This document shows, piece by piece, positions 51,825 through 58,863 of a DNA stretch of 64,000 bases. The translations under genes and the position numbers were made by a program. The DNA is from an uncultured virus (IMG/VR IMGVR_UViG_3300021598_001257). Its lineage: Duplodnaviria; Heunggongvirae; Uroviricota; Caudoviricetes. The notes under the pieces were generated by a model. It made no database searches, was not told where the DNA came from, and worked only from the letters and a program-made list of their open reading frames with translations. The stretch is taken from IMG/VR virus record IMGVR_UViG_3300021598_001257; one strand, 5' to 3'. Within the stretch, counting starts at the first letter, position 1. Each line of letters opens with the position of its first letter.

Positions 51825-51875
51825 CTAGAAGGATTTAAAAGGCATAAGTTACGGGGTCTAGAAGGATTTAAAAGG
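51825..51875. repeat. 18-bp direct repeat, two copies, period 33
   Basis: ctagaaggatttaaaagg at 51825-51842 and 51858-51875. Confidence 0.9.
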
Positions 51876-51879
51876 GCTT

Positions 51880-51922
51880 TATTCCACAGATTCCACAAGC
51901 TTTTCCACAAGGCTGTTGAAAA
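51880..51922. promoter_or_regulatory. Cluster of DnaA-box-like 9-mers
   Basis: tattccaca, gattccaca, ttttccaca and inverted tgttgaaaa, followed by an AT-rich stretch. Confidence 0.45.
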
Positions 51923-51996
51923 CTCAGCTATATTTAAAAAAGGCTTTATTAAACGTTTTAATACATTTTTGACACTAAATCACGTTTTTAGGCATT

Positions 51997-52021
51997 AAAA
52001 AAGAGGGGTTAGATCCCCTCT
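51997..52021 (-). terminator. Intrinsic terminator
   Basis: AGAGGGG-N6-CCCCTCT followed by a T-run on the minus strand. Confidence 0.75.
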
Positions 52022-52031
52022 CTATGTGTAT

Positions 52032-52268
52032 TCAATCAAGTGCTAATCGGTAACGAGCATAATCCTCTGCATCGCTACGTTTGCGGAATCGTGCTTCTTC
52101 ACCTTCAAATCGTAGAGGCAAATACCTATACTTCTTGCCTTCCTTCGTCATAACAATTCGGGAGAATAGGTGCAGTGAGTAACTACCATCCTCACTTCTT
52201 TCCTTCTCTTTCTTTACAATGAAGGGGAGAACTTGTTGATCGTTGAATGATGCTTTGGAGAGTAACAT
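52032..52268 (-). CDS. Hypothetical basic protein
   Basis: 78-aa ORF followed by a terminator. Confidence 0.7.
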   Translation of the reverse strand: MLLSKASFNDQQVLPFIVKKEKERSEDGSYSLHLFSRIVMTKEGKKYRYLPLRFEGEEARFRKRSDAEDYARYRLALD

Positions 52269-52299
52269 TTTGGAAAAAAGTATAATGAACTGGAGTGAA

Positions 52300-52437
52300 T
52301 CAGTATGTCATAATGGTTGCAATCGTTCCTGCTCGTGTATAGAAATCAACCATTCTTTCTGCTTCATTGTAGGTACTGAAACCTTGAAACTTCCATCCTT
52401 GAGAGTAAGGACAAAACCAGCGAATCGTTGTTCTCAT
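52300..52437 (-). CDS. Small hypothetical protein (45 aa), tandem paralog B
   Basis: Manual translation MRTTIRWFCPYSQGWKFQGFSTYNEAERMVDFY... Confidence 0.7.
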   Translation of the reverse strand: MRTTIRWFCPYSQGWKFQGFSTYNEAERMVDFYTRAGTIATIMTY

Positions 52438-52568
52438 TGTGTTACTAATTCAGCAGGACTACCACACGATTTATAGAACTCTATCATGCGTTGTGCTTCA
52501 TCAAGTGTAGAGAATGATTGCGTTCTCCATTGTTGTTGATAAGGCGTAAAGTAGCGAATGGTGAACAT
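52434..52568 (-). CDS. Small hypothetical protein (44 aa), tandem paralog A
   Basis: Manual translation MFTIRYFTPYQQQWRTQSFSTLDEAQRMIEFY... Confidence 0.7.
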   Translation of the reverse strand: MFTIRYFTPYQQQWRTQSFSTLDEAQRMIEFYKSCGSPAELVTQ

Positions 52569-52840
52569 CAGAACTTATCCATCCATTGTTGAATCTTTTG
52601 CAGTGCAGTTGGCTCATCATTGCACTTACACTTGCGGAACTTGGTTGTATTCAAACCTTTTGAAATCAGTTCCAGTTTGCCATCAGCAAGACAGAAGATT
52701 CCATATCGTGAGTTATGGAAAATGTTGTTAATCCAGGAATCTTGAGTATCAGCACTGACCTTAAAAAAGATCGAAGTGTGATTAGCAAGAGTGCTATTGT
52801 CGATGTGGAGATAAGGGAAAGACATTTGGGAAGTGCTCAT
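52568..52840 (-). CDS. Hypothetical protein (alternative start 52825)
   Basis: W-NNIFHNSRY motif; first ATG lies inside repeat copy 2. Confidence 0.7.
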   Translation of the reverse strand: MSTSQMSFPYLHIDNSTLANHTSIFFKVSADTQDSWINNIFHNSRYGIFCLADGKLELISKGLNTTKFRKCKCNDEPTALQKIQQWMDKF

Positions 52841-52868
52841 ACTACTAGGACAATCTCAGGGGCCCAGT
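52838..52868 (-). repeat. Cassette-boundary repeat, copy 2
   Basis: catactactaggacaatctcaggggcccagt. Confidence 0.95.
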
Positions 52869-52878
52869 ATTTGTTAGG

Positions 52879-53052
52879 TCAGTCGTTTGAAGTGTGAAGA
52901 ATGGAGATCATCTTTTGGTAATAGTTGTCTGCTTCTACCTCACATTGATGAGATTCGTTTGCATCTTCAATCTCATATTGTTTCATATTAAGACGATGAA
53001 TAACGCTTTCTAGAAGATCAGTCAGTGCTTCAATCTTTTGTGCTTCAGTCAT
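52879..53052 (-). CDS. Hypothetical protein (57 aa)
   Basis: Manual translation MTEAQKIEALTDLLESVIHRL...; TAATG coupling with the upstream gene. Confidence 0.65.
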   Translation of the reverse strand: MTEAQKIEALTDLLESVIHRLNMKQYEIEDANESHQCEVEADNYYQKMISILHTSND

Positions 53053-53369
53053 TAGTTAAGCACCATACCTTCAGTGAAAGGAACTGTGTTGCCATTATCA
53101 ATCACAAACCATTCAAAGTCACGTTGAAAGATACGGGCATCATTTCCGTGAACTTTCAGAATAGCATTGAGACGTGATTTGGTGGTAACAGTCTTATACC
53201 CACAGGTGTAAAGTTCAAGGAAGGTATCACCAATCGTTGCGATATGATTGCCATGAAGCATAACATATGAAGCATCACGTTCGGGCGAATAAGTTACCTC
53301 AGTGTTGTCATTTTTCCAGTCTTTGCAATCACAGATTGCTTTGTTCATTTGGAGTTCAATCTTACGCAT
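53052..53369 (-). CDS. Hypothetical protein
   Basis: 105 aa with LHGNHIA and T-TTKSRLNAIL motifs. Confidence 0.75.
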   Translation of the reverse strand: MRKIELQMNKAICDCKDWKNDNTEVTYSPERDASYVMLHGNHIATIGDTFLELYTCGYKTVTTKSRLNAILKVHGNDARIFQRDFEWFVIDNGNTVPFTEGMVLN

Positions 53370-53387
53370 GGTTGGAAGTTCAGTGGT

Positions 53388-53418
53388 TATACTACAGGGA
53401 CAATCTCAGGGGCCCAGT
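53388..53418 (-). repeat. Cassette-boundary repeat, copy 3
   Basis: tatactacagggacaatctcaggggcccagt. Confidence 0.95.
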
Positions 53419-53423
53419 TTCTA

Positions 53424-53624
53424 TCAGGCAGCGATTGCAGACTCCAGACATACCTCACGGGTTTCGAGAAGTACATAATCGAACTCAGATTCTAACTGCT
53501 TCAGGTAAGCATCTGCAGCGGAGAAGCAATCAAACAAGCGGAGAGATTTGAAGTCTTCACCTTCATAATCAATGCCACCAATTACAGCATAAACTTTAGA
53601 CATTTGGAAAGCGTTGGTGTTCAT
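53424..53624 (-). CDS. Hypothetical protein (alternative start 53603)
   Basis: Single ORF filling the module between repeats 3 and 4. Confidence 0.7.
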   Translation of the reverse strand: MNTNAFQMSKVYAVIGGIDYEGEDFKSLRLFDCFSAADAYLKQLESEFDYVLLETREVCLESAIAA

Positions 53625-53652
53625 ACTATAGGGACAATCTCAGGGGCCCAGT
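53622..53652 (-). repeat. Cassette-boundary repeat, copy 4
   Basis: catactatagggacaatctcaggggcccagt. Confidence 0.95.
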
Positions 53653-54040
53653 TTTTATCAACTTTTGATTTATTCTTCAGATATATGACAAAACTCCATC
53701 AAATAGTAATCAATACTGATGCCAAGTTCGATTGCTTCGTCTTTGATTTCCTCGTAAATGTTTTCAGGAATTGTATGATATTCAGTCTCAATCATGGTCA
53801 ATTTCTCCTCCTTTGATTTCAACATTTTCAAGAATAGTGACGATAGAATTGTTTGGGGTAAGATACTGAACTTGTAAAACATTCGGTGCAATTTCAGTCG
53901 CTCCGATAATGGTTGATGCAATCAGAAGTTCAATCATTGTGGCGAAATAATGTCTGCTACAGTGTGCAATGCGCTTGCAGTAGTGTTGCGAACTCCAGGT
54001 GATAAAATACTCGCAACGATGAAGATTAACAGAATTGTCT

Positions 54041-54238
54041 TCAATTTACTACGTCGTAGCGAAGTGATTTTATGCACCATCCTGTATTGTTTGTGATAAC
54101 ATCTGCAAGACAATCCTCACCATCAGGTGAATCCCACAGACAATTCTTTGCATCATTTACAATCTCATCTTTCTCTTCTTCAGTGAGATCTTCGTAGTCA
54201 AAATCAAACTCAATTTCAGTTACTTTGTAGAAGTTCAT
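54041..54238 (-). CDS. Acidic hypothetical protein
   Basis: 65 aa with TGWCI motif; first gene after repeat 5, followed by further very short ORFs down to 53670. Confidence 0.7.
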   Translation of the reverse strand: MNFYKVTEIEFDFDYEDLTEEEKDEIVNDAKNCLWDSPDGEDCLADVITNNTGWCIKSLRYDVVN

Positions 54239-54255
54239 TGTGGTTTCTCAGTGCT

Positions 54256-54286
54256 TATACTACTAGGACAATCTCAGGGGCCCAGT
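54256..54286 (-). repeat. Cassette-boundary repeat, copy 5
   Basis: tatactactaggacaatctcaggggcccagt. Confidence 0.95.
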
Positions 54287-54291
54287 TTCTA

Positions 54292-54882
54292 TCAGAACAG
54301 ATTGCGACCAAAAGATCCACACAAATAAAACGCCATTCCCTTATCCTTAAGCGTCACACCTGCAAATGTCAGAGGTACATAGCGGCCGTTGGTTTTAGAT
54401 GCTTTCGTGCGAATCTGCAGCAATCCGTTAGGTCCAGTGATGGTTCCTAGTTGTTTACCAGCATCGAAAAGTGTGCGAATGCTGTTACAAATGAACTCAT
54501 AATCCTCACGCAATTCTTGATAGTGCTCCGCATGAGTTTCCTCATTCAGAATAGCGGAACCCATATAATCGTTCTCACGAGTGAATCCAACATACAGAGT
54601 TTGCTTTAGTTTCTGCCCGACTTTGCTATCATCAAACGAGACAGAATCTTCGATGATTTCAGATAGACAATGCTTCAACTGTGTGGCAGCAATCGACTCT
54701 CCAACTGTGAAAGTCTTAATTTCCCCATCTTCCAGATCTTGCAGGTCAGAAGAGTTAGGAACTCCCAGTGCAATTTCTAACAGTTGCCCACGAGCACCTT
54801 TGTTCTTTCCTGGTTTATCAAATGCACTGAAGTCAGTAACATTCAGTTTCGCAAATACTTCGTTCGTTGTCAGTTTTGGCAT
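54292..54882 (-). CDS. MutH/Sau3AI-family PD-(D/E)xK endonuclease
   Basis: NKG--GQLLE--LG...D...GEIKT and LQIRTKA motifs typical of MutH/Sau3AI. Confidence 0.7.
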   Translation of the reverse strand: MPKLTTNEVFAKLNVTDFSAFDKPGKNKGARGQLLEIALGVPNSSDLQDLEDGEIKTFTVGESIAATQLKHCLSEIIEDSVSFDDSKVGQKLKQTLYVGFTRENDYMGSAILNEETHAEHYQELREDYEFICNSIRTLFDAGKQLGTITGPNGLLQIRTKASKTNGRYVPLTFAGVTLKDKGMAFYLCGSFGRNLF

Positions 54883-54896
54883 CGTGGTTGTGCTCT

Positions 54897-54927
54897 TATA
54901 CTACAAGGACAATCTCAGGGGCCCAGT
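54897..54927 (-). repeat. Cassette-boundary repeat, copy 6
   Basis: tatactacaaggacaatctcaggggcccagt. Confidence 0.95.
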
Positions 54928-54929
54928 TT

Positions 54930-55169
54930 CTATTGCCCAACAAGATCGTTTGCAACTTCATCATCATAGATTTCGCGGATTTCTTCAATCAACTCATCTA
55001 CAGTTTCAAACTGTTTCGTGAGGTTATCAATGAGAGTATCAAGTGCAAACTGTTCGAGAGATTTGTAATCCATACCATCCAAAATCATCTGAGCATAGTT
55101 CTCAACAACAGTGCTAAAATCAGGAGTCATTTCAGTCATTTTGTTTGTGGGATTAGGAAGGGAAATCAT
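54930..55169 (-). CDS. Acidic hypothetical protein
   Basis: ORF ends immediately before repeat 6; start uncertain. Confidence 0.7.
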   Translation of the reverse strand: MISLPNPTNKMTEMTPDFSTVVENYAQMILDGMDYKSLEQFALDTLIDNLTKQFETVDELIEEIREIYDDEVANDLVGQ

Positions 55170-55393
55170 TGAATAACAGTGTTCACATCAGGATTGAAAG
55201 TAACCTCATGGAGCACATCAAAATCATCACTCATCTTGACATAATTCCAGAGAGTGTCAGTCTCATCATCCACATTTTCCTGATAAAGGTGAATGAAACC
55301 GTCATCATCTTGTTTTACATAACAACCATCATAATTTTCATCATCAAATACATAACCAGATGCAATCAGTGCGTCAGTAAAAGTCATAATCAA
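55166..55393 (-). CDS. Acidic hypothetical protein
   Basis: About 73-75 aa; overlaps its neighbours. Confidence 0.7.
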   Translation of the reverse strand: MIMTFTDALIASGYVFDDENYDGCYVKQDDDGFIHLYQENVDDETDTLWNYVKMSDDFDVLHEVTFNPDVNTVIQ

Positions 55394-55563
55394 TCAACAA
55401 CAGAGTAACAGGCAACCCAGGAAGGAATACCCGAAAGTGCTAAAGAACCGTTGCGGTCGTCGCAATACTCTTGGGCATCATCTTCACTGTAGAAAGGTCC
55501 AACATACTCAGGAGAATTGAGTGCATTGGAATCGAATCGAACTGTGAAAGTGGTTTGTGTCAT
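55390..55563 (-). CDS. Hypothetical protein (57 aa); ATG inside repeat 7
   Basis: Manual translation MTQTTFTVRFDSNALNSPEYVGPFYSEDDAQEYC... Confidence 0.7.
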   Translation of the reverse strand: MTQTTFTVRFDSNALNSPEYVGPFYSEDDAQEYCDDRNGSLALSGIPSWVACYSVVD

Positions 55564-55591
55564 ACTACAGGGACAATCTCAGGGGCCCAGT
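55561..55591 (-). repeat. Cassette-boundary repeat, copy 7
   Basis: catactacagggacaatctcaggggcccagt. Confidence 0.95.
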
Positions 55592-55592
55592 T

Positions 55593-55766
55593 TCAATAAC
55601 CGTTCAGAAAGTCAGCAAGTGCTTCCTGATACTCAGCTTCAGTCTCAAAGGTACGATAACCAATCGTGCAAGGAAAGGTACGCTTTGAAGCAGAAGCTTT
55701 AGGCAGGTCACGACACTTATCGAGAACCTGTTGCTTGTAAGGATTGGCGTTGTAGTTAGTGTTCAT
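55593..55766 (-). CDS. Hypothetical protein (57 aa) exactly filling the module between repeats 7 and 8
   Basis: Manual translation MNTNYNANPYKQQVLDKCRDLP...FETEAEYQEALADFLNGY. Confidence 0.7.
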   Translation of the reverse strand: MNTNYNANPYKQQVLDKCRDLPKASASKRTFPCTIGYRTFETEAEYQEALADFLNGY

Positions 55767-55794
55767 ACTATAGGGACAATCTCAAGGGCCCAAT
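55764..55794 (-). repeat. Cassette-boundary repeat, copy 8
   Basis: catactatagggacaatctcaagggcccaat. Confidence 0.95.
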
Positions 55795-55937
55795 TACTTA
55801 AACGTTGCATTGACACCAATCACCTTTGCTGTAGGATTTCGTGCTGTTGCTGTTTCGCGGGCATCTTTTGGGGAGTTAGCATACACTTCCTCTTTGAAGA
55901 CTTTACCACCAACGTAGAGTTGAACTTCGTATTTCAT
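55794..55937 (-). CDS. Hypothetical protein (47 aa)
   Basis: Manual translation MKYEVQLYVGGKVFKEEVYANSQKDARETATARNPTAKVIGVNATFK. Confidence 0.7.
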   Translation of the reverse strand: MKYEVQLYVGGKVFKEEVYANSPKDARETATARNPTAKVIGVNATFK

Positions 55938-56128
55938 AGTGTTTGAAACTCCTGTGCTTCTTTGATGTTAGAATTGAAAAACTTTTGGAAGATGGAATCA
56001 ATCACAGGATACCATTCTTCGTTACCACTTGGGTATCCACATTCTCGTGCTTGATTGAGAAACTTTAAGATGCAAGTTTCCTCATTAGCAGTGAACTCAA
56101 CGCGATTGAAAGTGTAACCGTCAGTCAT
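55934..56128 (-). CDS. Hypothetical protein
   Basis: 64-aa ORF in a tightly packed operon. Confidence 0.65.
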   Translation of the reverse strand: MTDGYTFNRVEFTANEETCILKFLNQARECGYPSGNEEWYPVIDSIFQKFFNSNIKEAQEFQTL

Positions 56129-56130
56129 AA

Positions 56131-56406
56131 TCAGTTCACCGATTCTTGGTAGATTGACATACCCTTACGCATAGAAATGTAGTCATCAATCATCTCACCA
56201 ATCTGTTCATAAACGTAGGAAGAACCTCCTACATCACAGAGCACATCTTCAGTGAGTTGTTTAGAGAAACGCACTTCCTTATCATTAGCATCAAACTCAA
56301 AGACATCCTCTTGAGTGTATATAAACGCAGCACAACCTGCGTCTTCACCTTGTTGCTCAATCAGTTGGTTGATTGAATCACGGAGTTGGGAAAGTGTGCG
56401 GAACAT
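56131..56406 (-). CDS. Hypothetical protein (start reassigned to MFRTLSQL)
   Basis: Packs 2 nt from the upstream stop. Confidence 0.65.
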   Translation of the reverse strand: MFRTLSQLRDSINQLIEQQGEDAGCAAFIYTQEDVFEFDANDKEVRFSKQLTEDVLCDVGGSSYVYEQIGEMIDDYISMRKGMSIYQESVN

Positions 56407-56408
56407 AA

Positions 56409-56573
56409 TCAGGAATAAACAGGAATAGAGGTGATTTCTTTCCACTCTCGTGGGAAGATTTCGTTGGCAATTTTTTCGTTCAGTTTGACACAGTTGAGAG
56501 GTTTGATGTTACTTTTGCGTTGGAACTTCTCAACAGTTCCATCTCTAAACTCAACGCGAATGTTGTAAAGCAT
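56409..56573 (-). CDS. Hypothetical protein (start reassigned to MLYNIRV)
   Basis: Packs 2 nt from the upstream stop. Confidence 0.6.
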   Translation of the reverse strand: MLYNIRVEFRDGTVEKFQRKSNIKPLNCVKLNEKIANEIFPREWKEITSIPVYS

Positions 56574-56575
56574 AA

Positions 56576-56815
56576 TCAAGCAGGAAGGATACAGAAAGTG
56601 CCACACCAACCGCGAACCCAGTTTAGAGTTTCATGGTAAGATGTGCGAGGATTGCTCATCTCCATCTTGGAACCGTTGCTAGGATTGTATGCAACAGCGA
56701 CATAGAGATTGTCGCACTCTTTATCAGTGATTTGCTCAATCCACATTTGATTGACTTTACCTTCCTTCCAATTTGTGTGGTAGGAGTAGACTTCGGAAAC
56801 GATGGTGTTGCTCAT
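56576..56815 (-). CDS. Hypothetical protein; ATG inside repeat 9
   Basis: 79-aa ORF. Confidence 0.7.
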   Translation of the reverse strand: MSNTIVSEVYSYHTNWKEGKVNQMWIEQITDKECDNLYVAVAYNPSNGSKMEMSNPRTSYHETLNWVRGWCGTFCILPA

Positions 56816-56843
56816 ACTATAGGGACAATCTCAAGGGCCCAGT
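56813..56843 (-). repeat. Cassette-boundary repeat, copy 9
   Basis: catactatagggacaatctcaagggcccagt. Confidence 0.95.
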
Positions 56844-56848
56844 TTCAA

Positions 56849-57103
56849 TCACCAGCGGCCTTGTTGAATGAGAATCTTTTTTATCTCAGTATAAATGAAC
56901 TGACGAAGTTTAGCGTCTGTGGTGTTATCAAGAGCATAATACAGTCGATTCAGATACTCATTCTGCGTAAGACCTATGTTACCATCACCACCAATCTCAT
57001 TGAGTGATGAACCTGCTTTAGCTTTGGGGCGTCCAAAGTTACCTGTGACGTTGCCAGATGTCCTCAGTTTGGGACGAATCTTTGAGAGGTTAGAGTAAGT
57101 CAT
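56849..57103 (-). CDS. Basic hypothetical protein
   Basis: 84-aa ORF. Confidence 0.7.
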   Translation of the reverse strand: MTYSNLSKIRPKLRTSGNVTGNFGRPKAKAGSSLNEIGGDGNIGLTQNEYLNRLYYALDNTTDAKLRQFIYTEIKKILIQQGRW

Positions 57104-57282
57104 TCATCTTCCTCATAAGGGAACATTTCGTCATACTCTTCGTCTGTGAGAGTAAGATACTGAACGTTAGCATTTTTGTGCTCTTCAGCATACACCAACT
57201 GATAATGTGCGAAAGAAGAAGGGTCAGAACTAGCAAACTCTAGCAGACCATCAACAAAACAAAGGTAATTCATGTTACTCAT
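57100..57282 (-). CDS. Acidic hypothetical protein
   Basis: About 60 aa; start uncertain. Confidence 0.6.
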   Translation of the reverse strand: MSNMNYLCFVDGLLEFASSDPSSFAHYQLVYAEEHKNANVQYLTLTDEEYDEMFPYEEDE

Positions 57283-57710
57283 TTTGCGTACAGATAACCA
57301 CCAGACCAATCAGCATTTTCCAGCAGATATTCACGATCCTTTATCAATCGCAAATCATAACGAACACCTTTCGCAGGAGATTTCCAGGAGGCAGACTTAT
57401 ACATTTCACCAGTGTTCTTATCAATGAAGCAATGAACAGAGCGAGACATACCACTGGTAATCATAATCACTTTATGATACTTTTTACCAGTTTCAATCTC
57501 ATACTCAATAGGACAAAATCCACTCTTGAGTTCATCAATACAGCGCAGATGATACTCTACACTTTCACCACGCTCCGCAGAACGCTGATGCCCACGAATA
57601 GCGTACTGACGATAATTGTCTTTCAGTGCTTCAATCAGCAGCAGAGTATTCTTAAGGACGCTTTCTGCGATAGTTTGTTGTGCTTGTGCTTGCATCGTAG
57701 GAGTGCTCAT
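57279..57710 (-). CDS. Phage hypothetical protein (alternative start 57695)
   Basis: KY-KV...SVHCFID--TG--YK-ASW-SPAK-VR motif. Confidence 0.75.
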   Translation of the reverse strand: MSTPTMQAQAQQTIAESVLKNTLLLIEALKDNYRQYAIRGHQRSAERGESVEYHLRCIDELKSGFCPIEYEIETGKKYHKVIMITSGMSRSVHCFIDKNTGEMYKSASWKSPAKGVRYDLRLIKDREYLLENADWSGGYLYAK

Positions 57711-57738
57711 ACTATAGGGACAATCTCAAGGGCCCAGT
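57708..57738 (-). repeat. Cassette-boundary repeat, copy 10
   Basis: catactatagggacaatctcaagggcccagt. Confidence 0.95.
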
Positions 57739-58640
57739 TACCAACTCTTTGCAAGAGTGAAGTTCAACCTGCTAAACTCTTCACGATTCACAATCTTGTA
57801 AGACCCAAACTTGTTGTGCATTACGAATCCTTCGTGATCGCTGAGTTCACCATCAATCTCACAAGTAATGTCAGTGTCAGACTCAATGAAGCAGAACAAA
57901 TCCATCTTGATAGACTCAACCAACTTCCAAAGCCGCATCAGGTTGATGTCAACATCATAATTTTCTGCAATTTCATGCTCATCCACCTCCTTACCCTCAC
58001 GAACGTAGGAATTGATGATTTTTTTGAGTTCTGCTGCTTGCTTTACATTCACGAACTCACAAAGTGTGCTCATTTGCTTGGCAAACTTGCAGAAGTCTTC
58101 AATATCATCACGGAAGGGACAAATAGACACACTAGGTTGCACAAACAAGCATTTTTTAGTGCTTGCAAACTTACCCACGATAGGATGAGCTACCATCTCA
58201 GGCAGACGCTCACCAGTGTAATATGTGTGAGGGGCAATGATAATCTCCTGACGAACAATCTCAGGGAAGCGATAGGTAATTGTATTGGGTTTGAATGTAT
58301 CCAATCCACTACCAAAACCAATCCAATCCCCCTGATACACGTTCTTAGTGCGAGGAAGAAAATCCAGGCAGAAGATAAGAATTTGCGTTACGCGAGGTTG
58401 ACCACCAAAGTGCGTAAAGATGTCGTCTTCGGTATAGCAAAGGCGAATCTTTTTCTTGTTAAATGCTGCTTTGGTGCAGACAAAGAACTTACCATTCTCA
58501 GGATTAGTGCCCCAAACAATAGCAGGAGCACCATCCATCTTGGTGCTGATGGTAGAATCTACCTCAGAAAACCAGTCAAGAACAGATAGATTACCCGTTA
58601 GGATTTCGTCTTCAGGATGCTCTAGGTGCTTGTTTTGCAT
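57738..58640 (-). CDS. Ligase/nucleotidyltransferase-superfamily-like protein (about 300 aa)
   Basis: HLEHPED, KMDGAP (KxDG motif I), YQGD, EGFV and KIVNR motifs. Confidence 0.55.
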   Translation of the reverse strand: MQNKHLEHPEDEILTGNLSVLDWFSEVDSTISTKMDGAPAIVWGTNPENGKFFVCTKAAFNKKKIRLCYTEDDIFTHFGGQPRVTQILIFCLDFLPRTKNVYQGDWIGFGSGLDTFKPNTITYRFPEIVRQEIIIAPHTYYTGERLPEMVAHPIVGKFASTKKCLFVQPSVSICPFRDDIEDFCKFAKQMSTLCEFVNVKQAAELKKIINSYVREGKEVDEHEIAENYDVDINLMRLWKLVESIKMDLFCFIESDTDITCEIDGELSDHEGFVMHNKFGSYKIVNREEFSRLNFTLAKSW

Positions 58641-58652
58641 TGGTTGCTTACT

Positions 58653-58683
58653 CATACTACTAGGACAATCCCAAGGGCCCAAT
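58653..58683 (-). repeat. Cassette-boundary repeat, copy 11
   Basis: catactactaggacaatcccaagggcccaat. Confidence 0.95.
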
Positions 58684-58863
58684 TTAGTCTATTGGTAGTT
58701 GTGCCACACTTTTACCCCTCTTATGGTCTGTAATGTATTTTCGCGCAGAAGCTTCTGTTCTACAGACTTTCTCAAGTTGTTGGCCATTATGAATGATAAG
58801 ATACTGCTTGCCATAAGGAATAGCAGCATAAGTATCGTTGAACATCGTAAATCCTTCTTTCAT
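58684..58863 (-). CDS. Hypothetical protein (59 aa)
   Basis: Manual translation MKEGFTMFNDTYAAIPYGKQYLIIHNGQQL...; stop codon abuts repeat 11. Confidence 0.7.
   Translation of the reverse strand: MKEGFTMFNDTYAAIPYGKQYLIIHNGQQLEKVCRTEASARKYITDHKRGKSVAQLPID

Noticed and set aside
51603..51998. Short ORFs called at 51603-51812, 51716-51910 and 51795-51998
   Set aside because: They span promoters, direct repeats and DnaA-box-like motifs; more likely non-coding.
53622..53636. T7/SP6-promoter-like ACTATAGGG on the + strand of some repeat copies
   Set aside because: Only some copies have it, the upstream T7 specificity region is absent, it points antisense to the genes, and no single-subunit RNA polymerase gene is in the window.
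58255..58266. acaatctcaggg partial match to the repeat
   Set aside because: Lies inside coding sequence and lacks GGGCCC and the TAGT part; treated as chance.
57432..58589. 385-aa + strand ORF
   Set aside because: Antisense shadow of motif-bearing minus-strand genes; no recognisable motifs, and it runs through repeat 10.
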